DNA of 64,000 nucleotides from Podarcis erhardii (lineage: Eukaryota), in NCBI GenBank assembly GCA_964252035.1, contig OZ176213.1; one strand, written 5' to 3'. This document shows positions 11,020 to 22,760 of this stretch, in pieces. The notes below the pieces were generated by a model. The model searched no databases. It saw only the letters and a list, made by a program, of their open reading frames with translations, and had not been told where the DNA came from. The number at the start of each line of letters is the position of its first letter. The first letter of the stretch is position 1. Both the position numbers and the translations under genes were made by a program.

Positions 11020-11620
11020 ATCTGCCCCTTTAAGTGGGGACGGTAACCATGGAGATAAATGGCTACCCCGCCTCTCCTTTCTGCGCTTCCTTTCGTTCGG
11101 TGACGCTATCAGCGCGCGCCGCCTAGCGGCTCTTTGCCGCTGTGGGGAAGGCGGCAATCCATACGTCACCGCGAGCGCGACGAGGGGGCGACGGTCGGGC
11201 TCTGAGGATGTAAGTAGAGGGGAGAGGCGGTAATCCGTCGCCATCTGCCCCGGTCCGGTTGCAGTTAGCCGTGACTGCGCCCGAGTGTGGCAAGAAAAGG
11301 TTCCCAGACGCTGGGGGTGGGTCTGTGAGGGAGGTCGGCCCCGCGGATGAGCTCGAGGAGCGGGGAGGCCTTGGCTGGAGGGGAGAGTTTGGGAGCCCTT
11401 AGAGGCGCTGAGGGGGGTCGGTTGACTGAAGCGGCAGAGCCGATTTGCTCCGCCCCTTCCCGTTTCCCTCTTTCTCCGTGTCGGGCGAGGAAAACTCGTC
11501 TCGCCAGCTAGGCCCGGTTGAGGAGGGGGTTCGTTTCTCTTCCCACTCCGCTCTTCTCCCTTGAGGGGTCTCCCGAACTTCCGGGAGCCCACTCTGAAAG
11601 TCTCCTTCAAGCCCCCTTAT
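11020..11620 (+). promoter_or_regulatory. RNPS1: RNPS1 CpG-island promoter
   Basis: High GC and CpG density, CRE-like acgtca near 11163, GC boxes; contains the first-exon donor. Confidence 0.8.
11080..11209 (+). other. RNPS1: RNPS1 first exon (5' end approximate), ending in ...GGAT|gtaagt
   Basis: Consensus donor GTAAGT at 11210 inside the CpG island; exon ends in AT. Confidence 0.65.
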
Positions 11621-11739
11621 TTGCCTGACCAGTACTGTGCACATTCGAGTTGCCTCCTTCTATTATTATATTGATCGTGTTATCTATTTTATGTTGGGAA
11701 AGATAACCCCTTATCCAAGGAAATATACAGGATGGAGTT

Positions 11740-11900
11740 TATGGTTCTTCTCTCCCTTACCCTCGTTTTAACCTCATAACAGTCCTGTGAGTTAGGCCTG
11801 TTGTGATCCCTCAGACTAGCCAAGGCCACTCAGTTGAGTTTTTGTGACTGACCAGGGATTTAACCCTCTTGCTTCTGTAATGCTAAGTGTTGCACCACAC
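11740..11900 (-). mobile_element. Squam3/MIR-like SINE with L2-type tail (degenerate); similar copies near 10550-10700 (-) and 21795-22015 (+)
   Basis: ttttaacctcataacagtcctgtgagttagg resembles the reverse complement of the cctacctcacagg.ttgttgtgaggataaaa core. Confidence 0.5.
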
Positions 11901-13609
11901 TGGCCCCATTGGTTACCTCTTAAACCTTGGCTTCCAGCGTAGGGATTCTCAGATATGGCTTTATGTTGCAGCAATATGGTGCTTCTGCTAGTAGGATTCT
12001 TACTTTTACATGTAACCTGTTGTCTGTTCAGCCAGCTTGCAGAGCTAGTACAGGATATAGCTTGTACCTGGGAAGCTCAAGTTCAAATCTCTGGTCCCTC
12101 TTGGGCTTAGAGGGTGGTCTTGGTCTTAGAGGGTCTTCTTGGGATGGTGGTAGTGAAGAGCAGTAGTGTGGCAGGTGCTATTATAATTCACTTAATATTT
12201 CATTATCAATAGCAACAAAATTGCCTTTCAATAATATCAGTGATTACTTAGACAAATATGCAAGTCCACTGATATGTTAAAAACACTAAGACTAAAAACA
12301 TTCACTTGATTATGTAACAAGTGGCTTTTCACCACAGTGAAGTAAATGTACTGTATTGCCCAAACACAGTAAGGTATACAGGTAGCCATTCTGCTAGCTT
12401 TGTGAACATGCTGATAAGAGTCAGTTTGCAAAGCCTGATTCCCACAGAAAGACCTCTAGGCACTATTGAAGTTTGTACACAATATTGTTTCTTTTTGGGC
12501 AGCACTGGTAAGCCTGGGCTTGGTGTTCCTGGTTTTACAGCACTGAGGATGTGATATACAGCAGACACAGTTCTCTCTTACTGAGGGTTCACTGATTTCT
12601 CTTAACCACCAAGTTATTTCAAGACCTCTTTTAACCTGAACAGTTCTTTCAAATTGTTTTTGTACCATTTAGAGAGTGGGTCATGAAGTGTGGATATAGA
12701 GGAATAATACCTTTAATCCCATTTAATTTCTTTGTTGATGAAAACATCTGCTGGAGTACGTCCTACTGCTTCTTCTGAAAATGCTCCTGTCTGCTACATA
12801 ACACAGGGCTACATTCAGCATTGTCAAAGCAGAATGACTAAGAAATCTGGGATATCCAGACACAGGTTTTCTGAATTTGAGTTCTTCCCTAGGGCAGGGA
12901 ATATCATTACACACCTATGTTTCTACAATAGCTGTGAGTGACACAAAAGCAAGAGCTGCCTTCTTGAATGACTCGTGCAGAAACACTTAACCAGAGCTTC
13001 AAGTGAAAAGCTAAGCTTGTGGGAATAGTCTTCTGCTATAGCAGAAGCAGAGTGGTATAACAGTATGTGCTTTCCCTTATGTTTGAACTTGCAATTTAAG
13101 TTACAGACATCAGTAGAATAATGGCCTGTTGGAGCTTACTTTGGACCTTCCCAAAGGGTTATTTGCATAAGCACATTATACACAGTTTGTGTGTATAATG
13201 TGCCTGAGAGAAGTCTCAGCACATGAAAATGCATCTTTAATTTTAATCCATGTTGCCCTCTGTAAAGTAATAGTTCCAAGTGTTAATCTTAAAGATGACA
13301 AAACATATTTGTCCTTTGTATGTCAAATGTACATCAAAGCAACCTTGCTCTCTCAGTGCCTGTTGAGTTACTTGAGCATAGCAGTGTACAGGAATTGAAC
13401 TACAAGGATGAAAACCTTTGTTTTCAGAGTTTCCACCCATTTCCCATAGGTTGCCCTGATGCTTGTTCGCTAGAGAAAAATACATACACTTAATCTGAAA
13501 TGTACAGTACCCTGTACTCTACCATTCTAAAATAGTCATTGTTTTTACCTTGGGTTCTATACTGAGGGGTAGAATTAAAGTACTTGAAATAAGCTATCGC
13601 CTTCTCAAT

Positions 13610-13868
13610 CCAGCCCACGGATGGTCCAGGAATCAGTGTGTTTCTACATCAGTAAAATGTGTCCTTTTATTTGCATCTCTGGGTTATTTGTGGGGCCTGC
13701 CTGGTGTTTTTACATGAGTAGAATGTGTGCTTTTATTTAAAATGCATCTCTGGGTTATTTGTGGGGCATAGGAATTAGTTCATTTCCCCCTCCAAATATA
13801 GTCCAGCCCACCACATGGTCTGAGGGACAGTGGACCGGCCCACGGCTGAAAAAAGTTGCTGACCCCTG
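13610..13868. mobile_element. hAT (Charlie-like) non-autonomous element fragment
   Basis: Ends ggaccggccc...aaaaagttgctgacccctg; internal duplication atgcatctctgggttatttgtgggg. Confidence 0.55.
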
Positions 13869-13956
13869 GTGTAACCCATAAGGACTTCCTGTAGCTTATC
13901 TGGAAAAGCCAGCAGCATTTCCAACTGAGGTTCTTTTATACCACAGATGGGAAATA

Positions 13957-14285
13957 CAGTGGTGCCTCGCAAGACGAAATTAATCCGTTCCGTGAGGCTC
14001 TTCGTATAGCGGTTTTTTCGTCTTGCGAAGCAAGCCCATTGACAGCTTAGCGGATTAGCGCTATTAGCGGTTTAGCGGCTTTTAGCGGATCATCTGATAA
14101 GCGGCTTAGGGCTTAGGAAAAGGGGGGAAAAAGGGAAAAAAAACCGCGGGAACTCGCAAGACATTTTCGTCTTGCGAAGCAAGCCCATAGGGAAATTCGT
14201 TTTGTGAAGCGCCTCCAAAACGGAAAACCCTTTCGTCTAGTGGGTTTTCAGTCTTGCGAGGTGTTTGTCTTGCGGGGCACCACTG
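13957..14285. mobile_element. Tc1/mariner MITE, copy 2
   Basis: TA flanks; same TIR and tagcgg-rich core as 5600-5911. Confidence 0.85.
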
Positions 14286-15255
14286 TACCCTCCAAATTTT
14301 GTTGGCTTGCCAACTCCCATCACCCCAACCATTGGCTATGCTGGCTGGGGCTGATGGGAGTTGGAGTCCAAGAACATCTGGAAGACCACAGGTTTTACCA
14401 CCCCTGTTGTGTGATCTGAGGATAGGGTTTTGCGCTGTGCTTCTGCTCTGTTACATTTAATAGTCTCTGGGGGTGACCCTGGAGCTGAAATTGCAGACTT
14501 AACTGCAGCACTCTATATCAATACAAATTAAAGCTTAGCAGTAGTAATGAGAAACTGCATTAAGAATTTAGGAAGAGCAGTAGAAATCCTTATAAACAAT
14601 TAAAATCTACTATAGTTTCCCTGGGACTTAAAATGCTTTCTTGCTACTACTGTACCACAATGTCCTGTTGAGGTACCTTGCTTTCTATTGCAGAGGTAGC
14701 CGACGTGGTGTTCTCCAGATGTTGCTGGACTATAACTCCAATCATCCATGAGAGTTGGCTTTGATGACAGGCTGATGGGAGTTGGAGTTCAATTCATATG
14801 GAGGGCATCATGTTGGCTACCACTGTCCTGTTGTAATGCTGCATATCTTAAGGAAAAGTACTAAGAAATTCAGGCTGAAAAACTCTTGTGTGCTTTGCTG
14901 TGTGTTCTTCCTCCTTTTGAAGGGTGATTAGAAAGAAAATTCAAATGCTCTGTGTAAACACACTCTTAAGTTGTTCAGCAGATGCGGTTTTCAAATGGGA
15001 AATAACAAGCCACACAGAAGTGTGTGAACTATAATGCTTTGCATGAAGCTTGTGCCTTTTCTTGTGAAGTGGGTTTTCTTTTCCTCTGCCTATATGTTAA
15101 CTGTCTCATATCCCTTTTATCTTGTCACTAGGCTGCTCTTTGGAGTTTATTGCATTCGCTTAGGGATCGTTTCTCAGAATCAAGGAGTTAGAAGTAAGCT
15201 TTCAGATAAGTGAGCCCCCCCAAAAAAGTGCCGCTTTTGGACTCGGAAGGGGAAA

Positions 15256-15326
15256 ATGGAGCTGTCAGGAATGAAAAAGAAGAGTTTGCTAGGAATCAAA
15301 GAAAATAATAAAAAGTCCAGCACTAG
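15256..15326 (+). CDS. RNPS1: RNPS1 coding exon (long-isoform N-terminus)
   Basis: MELSGMKKKSLLGIKENNKKSST, donor AG|gtaata. Confidence 0.85.
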
Positions 15327-18300
15327 GTAATAATTGTCTGAATGTTCAAGGCCTCACCCCTCTTGGGGGATCTGTGCAGACTCCTAGGGATTTCCCATCA
15401 AGCATGAGGAATTAGAAATGCATCTTCCCTCCTTTTCATAATCTCCATATATTCCACACCATTGGCTTTCTTTCATGAAGCCGCTCCATAGTGTAAACAC
15501 TGGGGATTTGTCTCTTAGCATCTTTGTAGCAGTGACATTTCTTGCTTTTGTTGCAACTGAAATTGCGGGGTTGGAAATTGAGTTTCTGAACCTTTGTACA
15601 TTAAAGGGCTCCCTCTCCTACCAAGCGCAAGGACCGTACAGAAGAAAAGTCCAAGGACCGATCCAAAGACAAGCCAGCTACAAAGGAGTCAAGCGAAAAG
15701 GATCGTGGGCGCGACAAAACTCGCAAGAGGCGCAGCGCCTCCAGTGGTAGTAGCAGCACCAGGTAAGCAGAGTCAGGAATTCTTGGGTTTCTGAAGGCCG
15801 TTTCAAGGACCAGGCCTTCCCAAGGATTCTTAATCGGCAGTTAAAAAATGATGCCGCCATGCTCAGGCAGAGGAAACCTTTTAACTCTTCAGATGTTGGA
15901 TACAGGGATGGAGTTGTGGTGGCTGTCTCACCATGCCCTACTTGTGAGATTCCCAGGAATGTAGGGCAGTTAAGCTTGAGAACTTAAAATACGCCCCTTG
16001 ATGTGAACCAGCAGGTCGGTTGTAAGTTGAGTGAAGCAGTAATGCTGAACACATACTTGACTTCAGATCCTCTTCTCTGATTGAGATATTGGGGGTTTGT
16101 GTGTGGTTTCGTACAGGAGGTCTGTTTGCACCCCAATGATCTGTTTGGAGGGGAGGCCCTTCTTGGTGTTCATCTTTAGAAGATGTGTGTCCTGCATTTA
16201 CAAAGGGGTGTGTGTGTGTTATGGGCACTTCAACTGTGGAACACCCTCCAAAGGGAGGTAATTTCAGAGACTGTTAAAACATTTTTCTTTGCCTGAGCAT
16301 TTTAGATGGTGGCATTTTTAGTGGGTTGAATGGTTTTTCTCATTCTTCATTAAATTGGTTTTATAAGGTAATTGTAATTTGAGGTGAATTTTGTATATTG
16401 CTCTGAAATCTGTTTTTCGACAAAGGACCATTTATACAATAAGTGAAATGATTTAGAAAGATCATCACCTCTGCATTGGGAAGTGGCCAGGTTTGGGTTG
16501 GAACTGCAAAAGACAATGGTGTGTTCTTTCCAACACCTTCAACAGTTATTGGGGGTTATCGGGAGAACACCCTTGCTGCCATTAGTCTCTTGCATGACAC
16601 CTTCTCTGCCAGGTCTCGCTCCAGTTCCACATCCAGTTCTGGTTCTAGCTCCAGCACCGGCTCCAGCAGTGGCTCCAGCTCCTCCTCCGCGTCAAGCCGC
16701 TCTGGGAGTTCAAGCACATCCCGCAGTTCCAGCTCCAGCAGCTCATCGGGTTCTCCAAGCCCATCTCGACATCGGCATGACAACAGGAGGCGTTCCCGTT
16801 CAAAGTGAGTCTAGAGTACCGGAGGCTACTGGCTACTTTATTTCCATTGGCCTTGATAAGTGCTTCCTGTAAGACAAGGGTGGCGAACACTTTTCAGCTC
16901 AAAGGCCATGTTTCTTTCTTGGGGAGGGGCACATGCTAGCAAACTTGGTAGATAGTATCAAATAAAGGTCCCTCCAAGCCCTACTGAATTTTAGTTAAGC
17001 CTCAATAGTTACTCACTTTTAGCATAATTATTTCTTGCAAACTATAAATGGCCTGTAGTTGTTGCACCAGCCACTTTTTTTTAAGTAACAAATTTAGCAA
17101 GGAATACAGAATAAGATCATTGGTGTTTTTTTGTCATGCTGCATTGATTGGAGTTAATGAAGAGCTTGGGTTGCAAATCCATACGTTTAAATTTTTGTTT
17201 GACACTTTTTGTTTATTTCCACCAGGTCTAAACCGCTCAAGAGAGATGAAAAGGAACGGAAGAGAAGGAGTCCATCACCCAAACCTACCAAAGTACATGT
17301 TGGGAGACTCACCAGAAATGTGACGAAGGTAACAGATGCCTGTTGTTCACTCGTACCCAGAAAGAAGTAAAAAGGCCAAAGGGGGTGGGGAAACATAAGT
17401 CCCCCAGAACCCATGGTCTGACTCAGTATAAGACAGCTTCCTGTAAGTCCATATTGAATATGAATGCTGGGAATGCTGTTGACCAAGGGTCCCTCCCAGT
17501 ATTGATACACTAGATCTCTATGGGGAGAGTGCTGTTGTGCTCAGGCCCTGCTTGCGAGTGGCTTGACCCCTGTGAGAACAGTGTGCTGGACTAGATGGGC
17601 CACTGGCCTGGTCCAGCAGGCTCTTCTTATTCTCCTATAGATATAGCTGAGTAAAGTTCAGGTAACCTGGGAAGCAAAACTGTTGAAGCATTTCAATATG
17701 TAACTGAATGGTCTTCACTCTTTCTGTTCAAATCCAGTTAAAGGGGTGTGTGTGTGTGTTGCTGCTGCTTCCGCCGTTGCCCATTCAGTGTTTTGTTGTT
17801 ATGAAGATGGAAGGTAATGAACATTTGCCATGAGCGTTAAGGAGCTTGCTTTTCCTCTTCCAGGACCACATAATGGAAATATTTTCCACTTATGGAAAGA
17901 TCAAAATGATTGATATGCCAGTCGACAGACTCAACCCACACCTCTCAAAGGGTTATGCATATGTAGAATTTGAGAATCCAGATGATGCTGAGAAGGCACT
18001 GAAGCACATGGATGGAGGTGGGTTTCAGAAGCTGGCTGCATTGTTAAGAGGTTTGACTCCTACATGACTGAAAAATCTGTAATTTGAGATGATCCCCCCA
18101 TTAAAGCAAGGGTTTCAGATTTCCCAAAAGTGATATAGGTTCTACCAGCTAGGAGGGCTCTTTGCAGAGCACACCTGAACAAAATAAGGCTCTAGATTCT
18201 TCCAAGTTTTACTCTTATAATAATACAAATATATCATTTAACTGTATGACTTCTTTTTAATAAATCAACCTCGTCTGCCAGGAATATGGGCTGGTGGGAC

Positions 18301-20091
18301 CTCTGCAACCACATCATGTTGGTTCTGGCCCAAAGTGAGAAGGGTGGATCATCCTGATGAAAATGGCCCCCAAGGTAAACTGCATTCTCCAGAAAGGCAA
18401 TGGACCTGTGGGCATGAGCAAAAACCTTGGAATAAGTTGGCAGCAATTATTCATAAAGAAAGCAGAGGCTTGTCCCAGGAAAAACTTGCAGTCCCATGTT
18501 GGACATTTAAAAACTTATAGTGTAGGTCAGAGGTTACAAATCTTGATGCCAAATCTTGGGGGGCTAATGACCCACAGAGGGAATCAGTCAGGGAACTGGG
18601 CCTGATTGTAATAGGTAAGCAAAGTGGTGTTTGCAGTTCCCCAATGTCTTTTTGGTACCCCCCTGCATGTATGTTTTACCTGTGTATTAATATCTCCCTC
18701 TAGGTTCCCTGCTCCCCCACACCATTGCCATAGTTTGACCTTCCCTAGTGAGCAAGAAGGCAGTGGCTGCAGGGGGCCTTTGCGTCAATCCCTCACCCTG
18801 CTGAAACAAATCAACTTTCTGCTTCTGTGATCTTTAAATAGGGCAGATTGATGGTCAGGAGATCACTGCCACAGCTGTCCTGACTCCTCGGCCCAGGATG
18901 CCTCTCAGGCGTTTCTCCCCTCCGCGGAGGATGTTGCCGCCACCGCCCATGTGGCGTCGTTCTCCACCTCGCATGAGGAGAAGGTAGGTTGCCTTTGTGG
19001 AGCTGGGTAAGCTGGAGGGGCTTAGTTGTTCACAGCTGGTAGGAGCTCTGTCCGGGGAGGCAAAATAAAAAGAAGACACCTGCGGACTCAAATGGGTCAC
19101 ACCAAGGATGGGCAGTGAGTTACTTCCTGCACTACAGCTGATGGCAAACAAAGACTGTCCCTGCACAAAGTATTTGAAGGATAGGCATTAGCATCAGTTG
19201 GTTTGTATGCCACTTTTCCACAGCAGAGCTCAAAGTGACTCACAGCATACCAAATGTACAATAATAAATCCAGCAATTTTATTTTTAAAAATACTTTAAG
19301 AAATACAAAATAAAAAAATTCCTTCCAGTAGCACCTTAAAGACCAACTAAGTTAGTTCTAGGTATGAGCTTTCGTGTGCATGCACACTTCTTCAGATACG
19401 AAACACACGAAAGCTCATACCTAGAACTAACTTAGTTGGTCTTTAAGGTGCTACTGGAAGGAATTTTTTTATTTTGTTTTGACTATGGCAGACCAACACG
19501 GCTACCTATCTATATTTAAGAAATACATTAGGGGAAGGCAGGTGGAAGTACTTGCGCCATAATAGTTCCAGCATTCTCTCCCCTATAGATCCTTCTCAAG
19601 TGCTCAGGGGACATGTGTGTAAAATCTTACAACTAATAAACATATTCTAAGTTTGAACCTATGCTTTAAGTCGAGATTGATGGAATATTTTTATTGTTAA
19701 TATAAGCTGATGTTTTGTATTTGCAAAAATAAAACACTGATCTAGGAACTGAGAAAATATTTATTTTATTTAGTTACTATTATACAGTTGCTATATTGCT
19801 TTTTGCATTAGGGTTCATTTGCAAAATGTTAGCATGCTGAACTGCCTTCACCCTTTAGGATATAAGAACTACTCTTGAATGCTGTTGAATAAAAAGGGAC
19901 TAGAAAAGTTTGGATTACTTTTGATATCCATCCATTCTCCTAACTGAAGCTCTGCTCTCTTCCTCACAACTATATTCCCTTTCAGGTCCAGGTCTCCCAG
20001 GCGCAGATCCCCAGTTCGCAGACGGTCACGATCCAGATCTCCAGGCCGCAGGCGTCATCGCAGCCGATCCAGTTCCAACTCTTCCCGATAA
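15256..20091 (+). CDS. RNPS1: RNA-binding protein with serine-rich domain 1 (EJC/ASAP-PSAP component), 307 aa, join(15256-15326,15607-15762,16613-16804,17226-17328,17864-18017,18842-18983,19986-20091)
   Basis: MELSGMKKKSLLGIKENNKKSSTRAPSPTKRK..., S-rich domain, RRM (KVHVGRLTRNVTKDHIMEIFSTYGKIKMIDMP...KGYAYVEF), RS/P tail ending SSSNSSR*; exon lengths sum to 924 nt. Confidence 0.97.
15607..15762 (+). CDS. RNPS1: RNPS1 coding exon
   Basis: APSPTKRKDRTEEKSK...SGSSST; AAG acceptor, GTAAG donor. Confidence 0.95.
16613..16804 (+). CDS. RNPS1: RNPS1 coding exon (serine-rich)
   Basis: SRSSSTSSSG...RHDNRRRSRS. Confidence 0.95.
17226..17328 (+). CDS. RNPS1: RNPS1 coding exon
   Basis: SKPLKRDEKERKRRSPSPKPTKVHVGRLTRNVTK. 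Confidence 0.95.
17864..18017 (+). CDS. RNPS1: RNPS1 coding exon (RRM)
   Basis: DHIMEIFSTYGKIKMIDMP...ALKHMDG. Confidence 0.97.
18842..18983 (+). CDS. RNPS1: RNPS1 coding exon
   Basis: GQIDGQEITATAVLTPRPRMPLRRFSPPRRMLPPPPMWRRSPPRMRR. Confidence 0.95.
19306..19514. mobile_element. Penelope-like element insertion forming a 73-bp perfect inverted repeat
   Basis: Arms 19306-19378 and 19404-19476 are exact reverse complements; flanking duplication tttaagaaataca at 19295-19307 and 19515-19527. Confidence 0.75.
19986..20091 (+). CDS. RNPS1: RNPS1 last coding exon
   Basis: SRSPRRRSPVRRRSRSRSPGRRRHRSRSSSNSSR* (TAA 20089-20091). Confidence 0.95.
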
Positions 20092-20901
20092 AATGTGGGA
20101 CTTGGCAGCAGTTGTTTTTTTTTTAAAACTTAAAAGTGCATTCAGTTTAAAAATTGTACCTTTTAAAAATAAAAGAGGAAGGAAAATAAAACGAAGGGAA
20201 AGCTGAGAAACTGAAACCTAGCCTAGTGTCTTGGGCCCAGCAGGGTGAACTGTGGACTTTTGTTGGACTTAAAAGTCCTTTTAAAAGGGAGCTTTGGTTT
20301 GCAAGTTCTCAACAAGAAACATTGTTCTTTAGACATGATACTGTCCTCTTAAGTCCAGTGAAGTCTCTTGTTTTTAGGATATGTCAAAAATAAATTTATA
20401 CTGTTGGAAGTAAGAAATGGCAGGTTGCAAGAAAACCCTCAGCAAATTTAGATACAGACTGGTTCCTCTCCCCCCACCACCACCCTCAGCCCTTAGGGAT
20501 GTTGGCACACAGAAAAGCTTTTTCATATTCCTTGCAGCTGGTGCATTTAACCAGCCTAAGAACTGGGGGACTAGGACTAGTGTTCTTTTTAAGTCATCCC
20601 TTCCTTTACTAAAATGTTTCTGGTGCATTGTTCACACGCCCTGTCCTTCCCAAGACCGATGTAAATGCTTTCGCTTTTAGAATATGTGAAACAAATAGGC
20701 AGAAAAGCTGTTTCTCTTGCCGCCTTCCTCCTGGGGCGGAAGGTGAGGAGTCTGAGACCAATTGGGATAACTAGTGTTCAGTTTGCAAAAGGCCAAGAGA
20801 TTTGCAACCTATTGTACAGTCATTACTATAAAGTTTGATTTTTGTATACCTTTAGCATCTTGTAGTCATGTTGTTGGTACTTGTGTGGAATGGCAAGACT
20901 G

Positions 20902-20927
20902 AATAAACCAATAAGGTTTGGAATAAA
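20902..20927 (+). terminator. RNPS1: RNPS1 polyadenylation signals (AATAAA x2)
   Basis: AATAAA at 20902 and 20922, followed by a U/GU-rich tract. Confidence 0.6.
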
Positions 20928-21349
20928 TGTGTATGGATTCTTTTGTATTTGAGAAATGTGGTGGTGGTTCTGTGGGCTTAAAATTTTACCACTGAATCCT
21001 GCAATGGCTATCCTGGTTTCTCAGCCCAATTTTCAATGAGGCATCCAAATAAACCATGTCTCCACCTGCTCAGAACAGTGTGTAGGACAAAAAGTGTACA
21101 GGACGAAGACAGGATTTTAATGTTTCGATATTCATTTAATATTGCTGTATGTTGCCTTGAGGTTTGGTTAGGGAGGTGGTATAGAAATGTTTTTAAAGTA
21201 ACAAGATATTACTAAATTTGTTACCTGCCCTGAGTTCATAAGGTGGCTTCAGCTAAAGGGCAGATCATCAGCAAGAGAAAGTCCTTAGCTGTAGACAATT
21301 TTATTGCCTGTGCTTCCAAGTATTTCCGCACCTCTTCTTTCCTAGGTGA

Positions 21350-21490
21350 TCATAGAATTGTAGATTTGGAAAGGGACCACAAGGGTCATCTAGTCCAAAA
21401 TATGCAGGCATATTTTGCCCATTGTGGGGCTTGAACCCATGACCCTGATATTAAGAGACTCCTGCTCTACAGAATGACCTACTCTGGCTT
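21350..21490 (-). mobile_element. tRNA(Lys)-derived SINE with CR1-type 3' tail
   Basis: Minus strand reads gtagagcaggagtctcttaatatcagggtcatgggttcaagccccac (tRNA-Lys-like head), then ggactagatgaccctt...tctacaattctatg (CR1 tail). Confidence 0.65.
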
Positions 21491-22129
21491 AGAAGCAGCC
21501 ATTCCAGAAGCACAACCTGTCATCATGGCGGCCTCTGTTTTCCCCTGAAACAAAATAAGATTGCCAGCGGGGTTCATTTTCTGCCTTTTAGGCCATGATT
21601 AAGTGGGCTACACCACTGCAAGATGTAAGAAGGGTTCTGCAGGAGCTTGGTGACTTCAAAGATTAGCTAAATGTTCCACTCTGATTAATTACTTTTTAAA
21701 AAATAATAAAAATGCAACTGGCAAGGGCATTTTAGAAGAGCCAGATGAGGGGCTGGTGCTCAAGACAGTCAACAAGTCTTGGGATCGATTTCAGGGTTAG
21801 GGGTAGTGGTTAAGAGCATTGGATTAGGTAGGATCCCAGGGAGCAAGATTCACTTTCCTGTTCAGCTACAAAGCTCTCTGGGTTATATTGGCCAGCTCAA
21901 TAACCTACCTCACAGGATTGTTGTGAGAATAAAAACGGGGAGGGGGACGAACATACATGCCAACCTCCAAAATCCTTGGATAAAGAATGGGGTATGAATA
22001 CAATAAATAAATAAAATTCAACCCAACAGGGAAACCAGATTCGGGATGTAACACACCACGCAGAGTCTCAAAAACAGGCCCTCTTCCATGACCTGGCACT
22101 ATAGAAACTTTATCGTTACTGTCTCTTTA

Positions 22130-22760
22130 AGAAGGAGGGCGGAAGAGAAAGGGGGCGGACCGGGAGAGCGCGAGAGCTGCGAAGGGTCGTAAGACATATC
22201 AGCAGATTCGACAGGCTCTGCTCGAGGCGGCCGCACATAAGACAGGAGCGTCGAATCGGCTGCTGCTGTTTAGACCAACGTATTACCCGGAGTGTTGAGG
22301 ACGGACCGTAGAGAAAAGGCAGCGCAACACACAGAGATAAACTTCCGGTAAAAAGCGACGCCACTGGCGGTTCCGCCGCAATTAGGCACCATAGAGAGCG
22401 CGAAGCAAAAGCTAGAATGACGCGCGCGCGCGCACACACACATACACGCACGCGCACGCGCGCACGCGCGCGCGAACTTCCGGTTGAGGTTCACCGGCTT
22501 GATTGGGTTTCCGGTCCACATGCCTGGAGAGTGTCTTGGGGGGTTCACTGTTAGCCGTGGCATCATTTCTGCCCTTGGTGAGGCCTCGCGGTGTGTGTGT
22601 GTGTGTGAACTTCTAAAGGCGGGAAGCGAGAGGCTGAGGCGTTTCTCCCTCACGCCGGGCGGTCCTGTTCTACACCTCAGCGTGGGGATTAAGCCCCATT
22701 GAACTCGGTGAGCCCTACTTCCGAGTAGATGTGTCTTGGGTTCCGCGTTGCGGTAATTTC
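22130..22760 (+). promoter_or_regulatory. TELO2: TELO2 CpG-island promoter and non-coding exon 1 (donor at 22578)
   Basis: CpG-rich; ETS/GABP-type acttccgg near 22341 and 22474; NRF1-like gcgcacgcgc; GC boxes; donor G|GTGAGG. Confidence 0.75.
22421..22473. repeat. Alternating purine-pyrimidine (CG/CA) tract, 53 nt
   Basis: cgcgcgcgcgcgcacacacacatacacgcacgcgcacgcgcgcacgcgcgcgca read directly. Confidence 0.85.

Noticed and set aside
10999-11610. 203-aa minus-strand ORF
   Set aside because: Lies in the GC-rich RNPS1 CpG island, where stops are rare; R/P/G-rich with no recognisable domain or splice logic.
16483-16890. Alternative-frame and antisense ORFs with (EL)n or (AP)n repeats
   Set aside because: Shadows of the RNPS1 poly-serine exon.
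21400-21490. tRNA-Lys-like sequence on the minus strand
   Set aside because: Degenerate stems and directly fused to a CR1 tail, so a SINE head rather than a tRNA gene.
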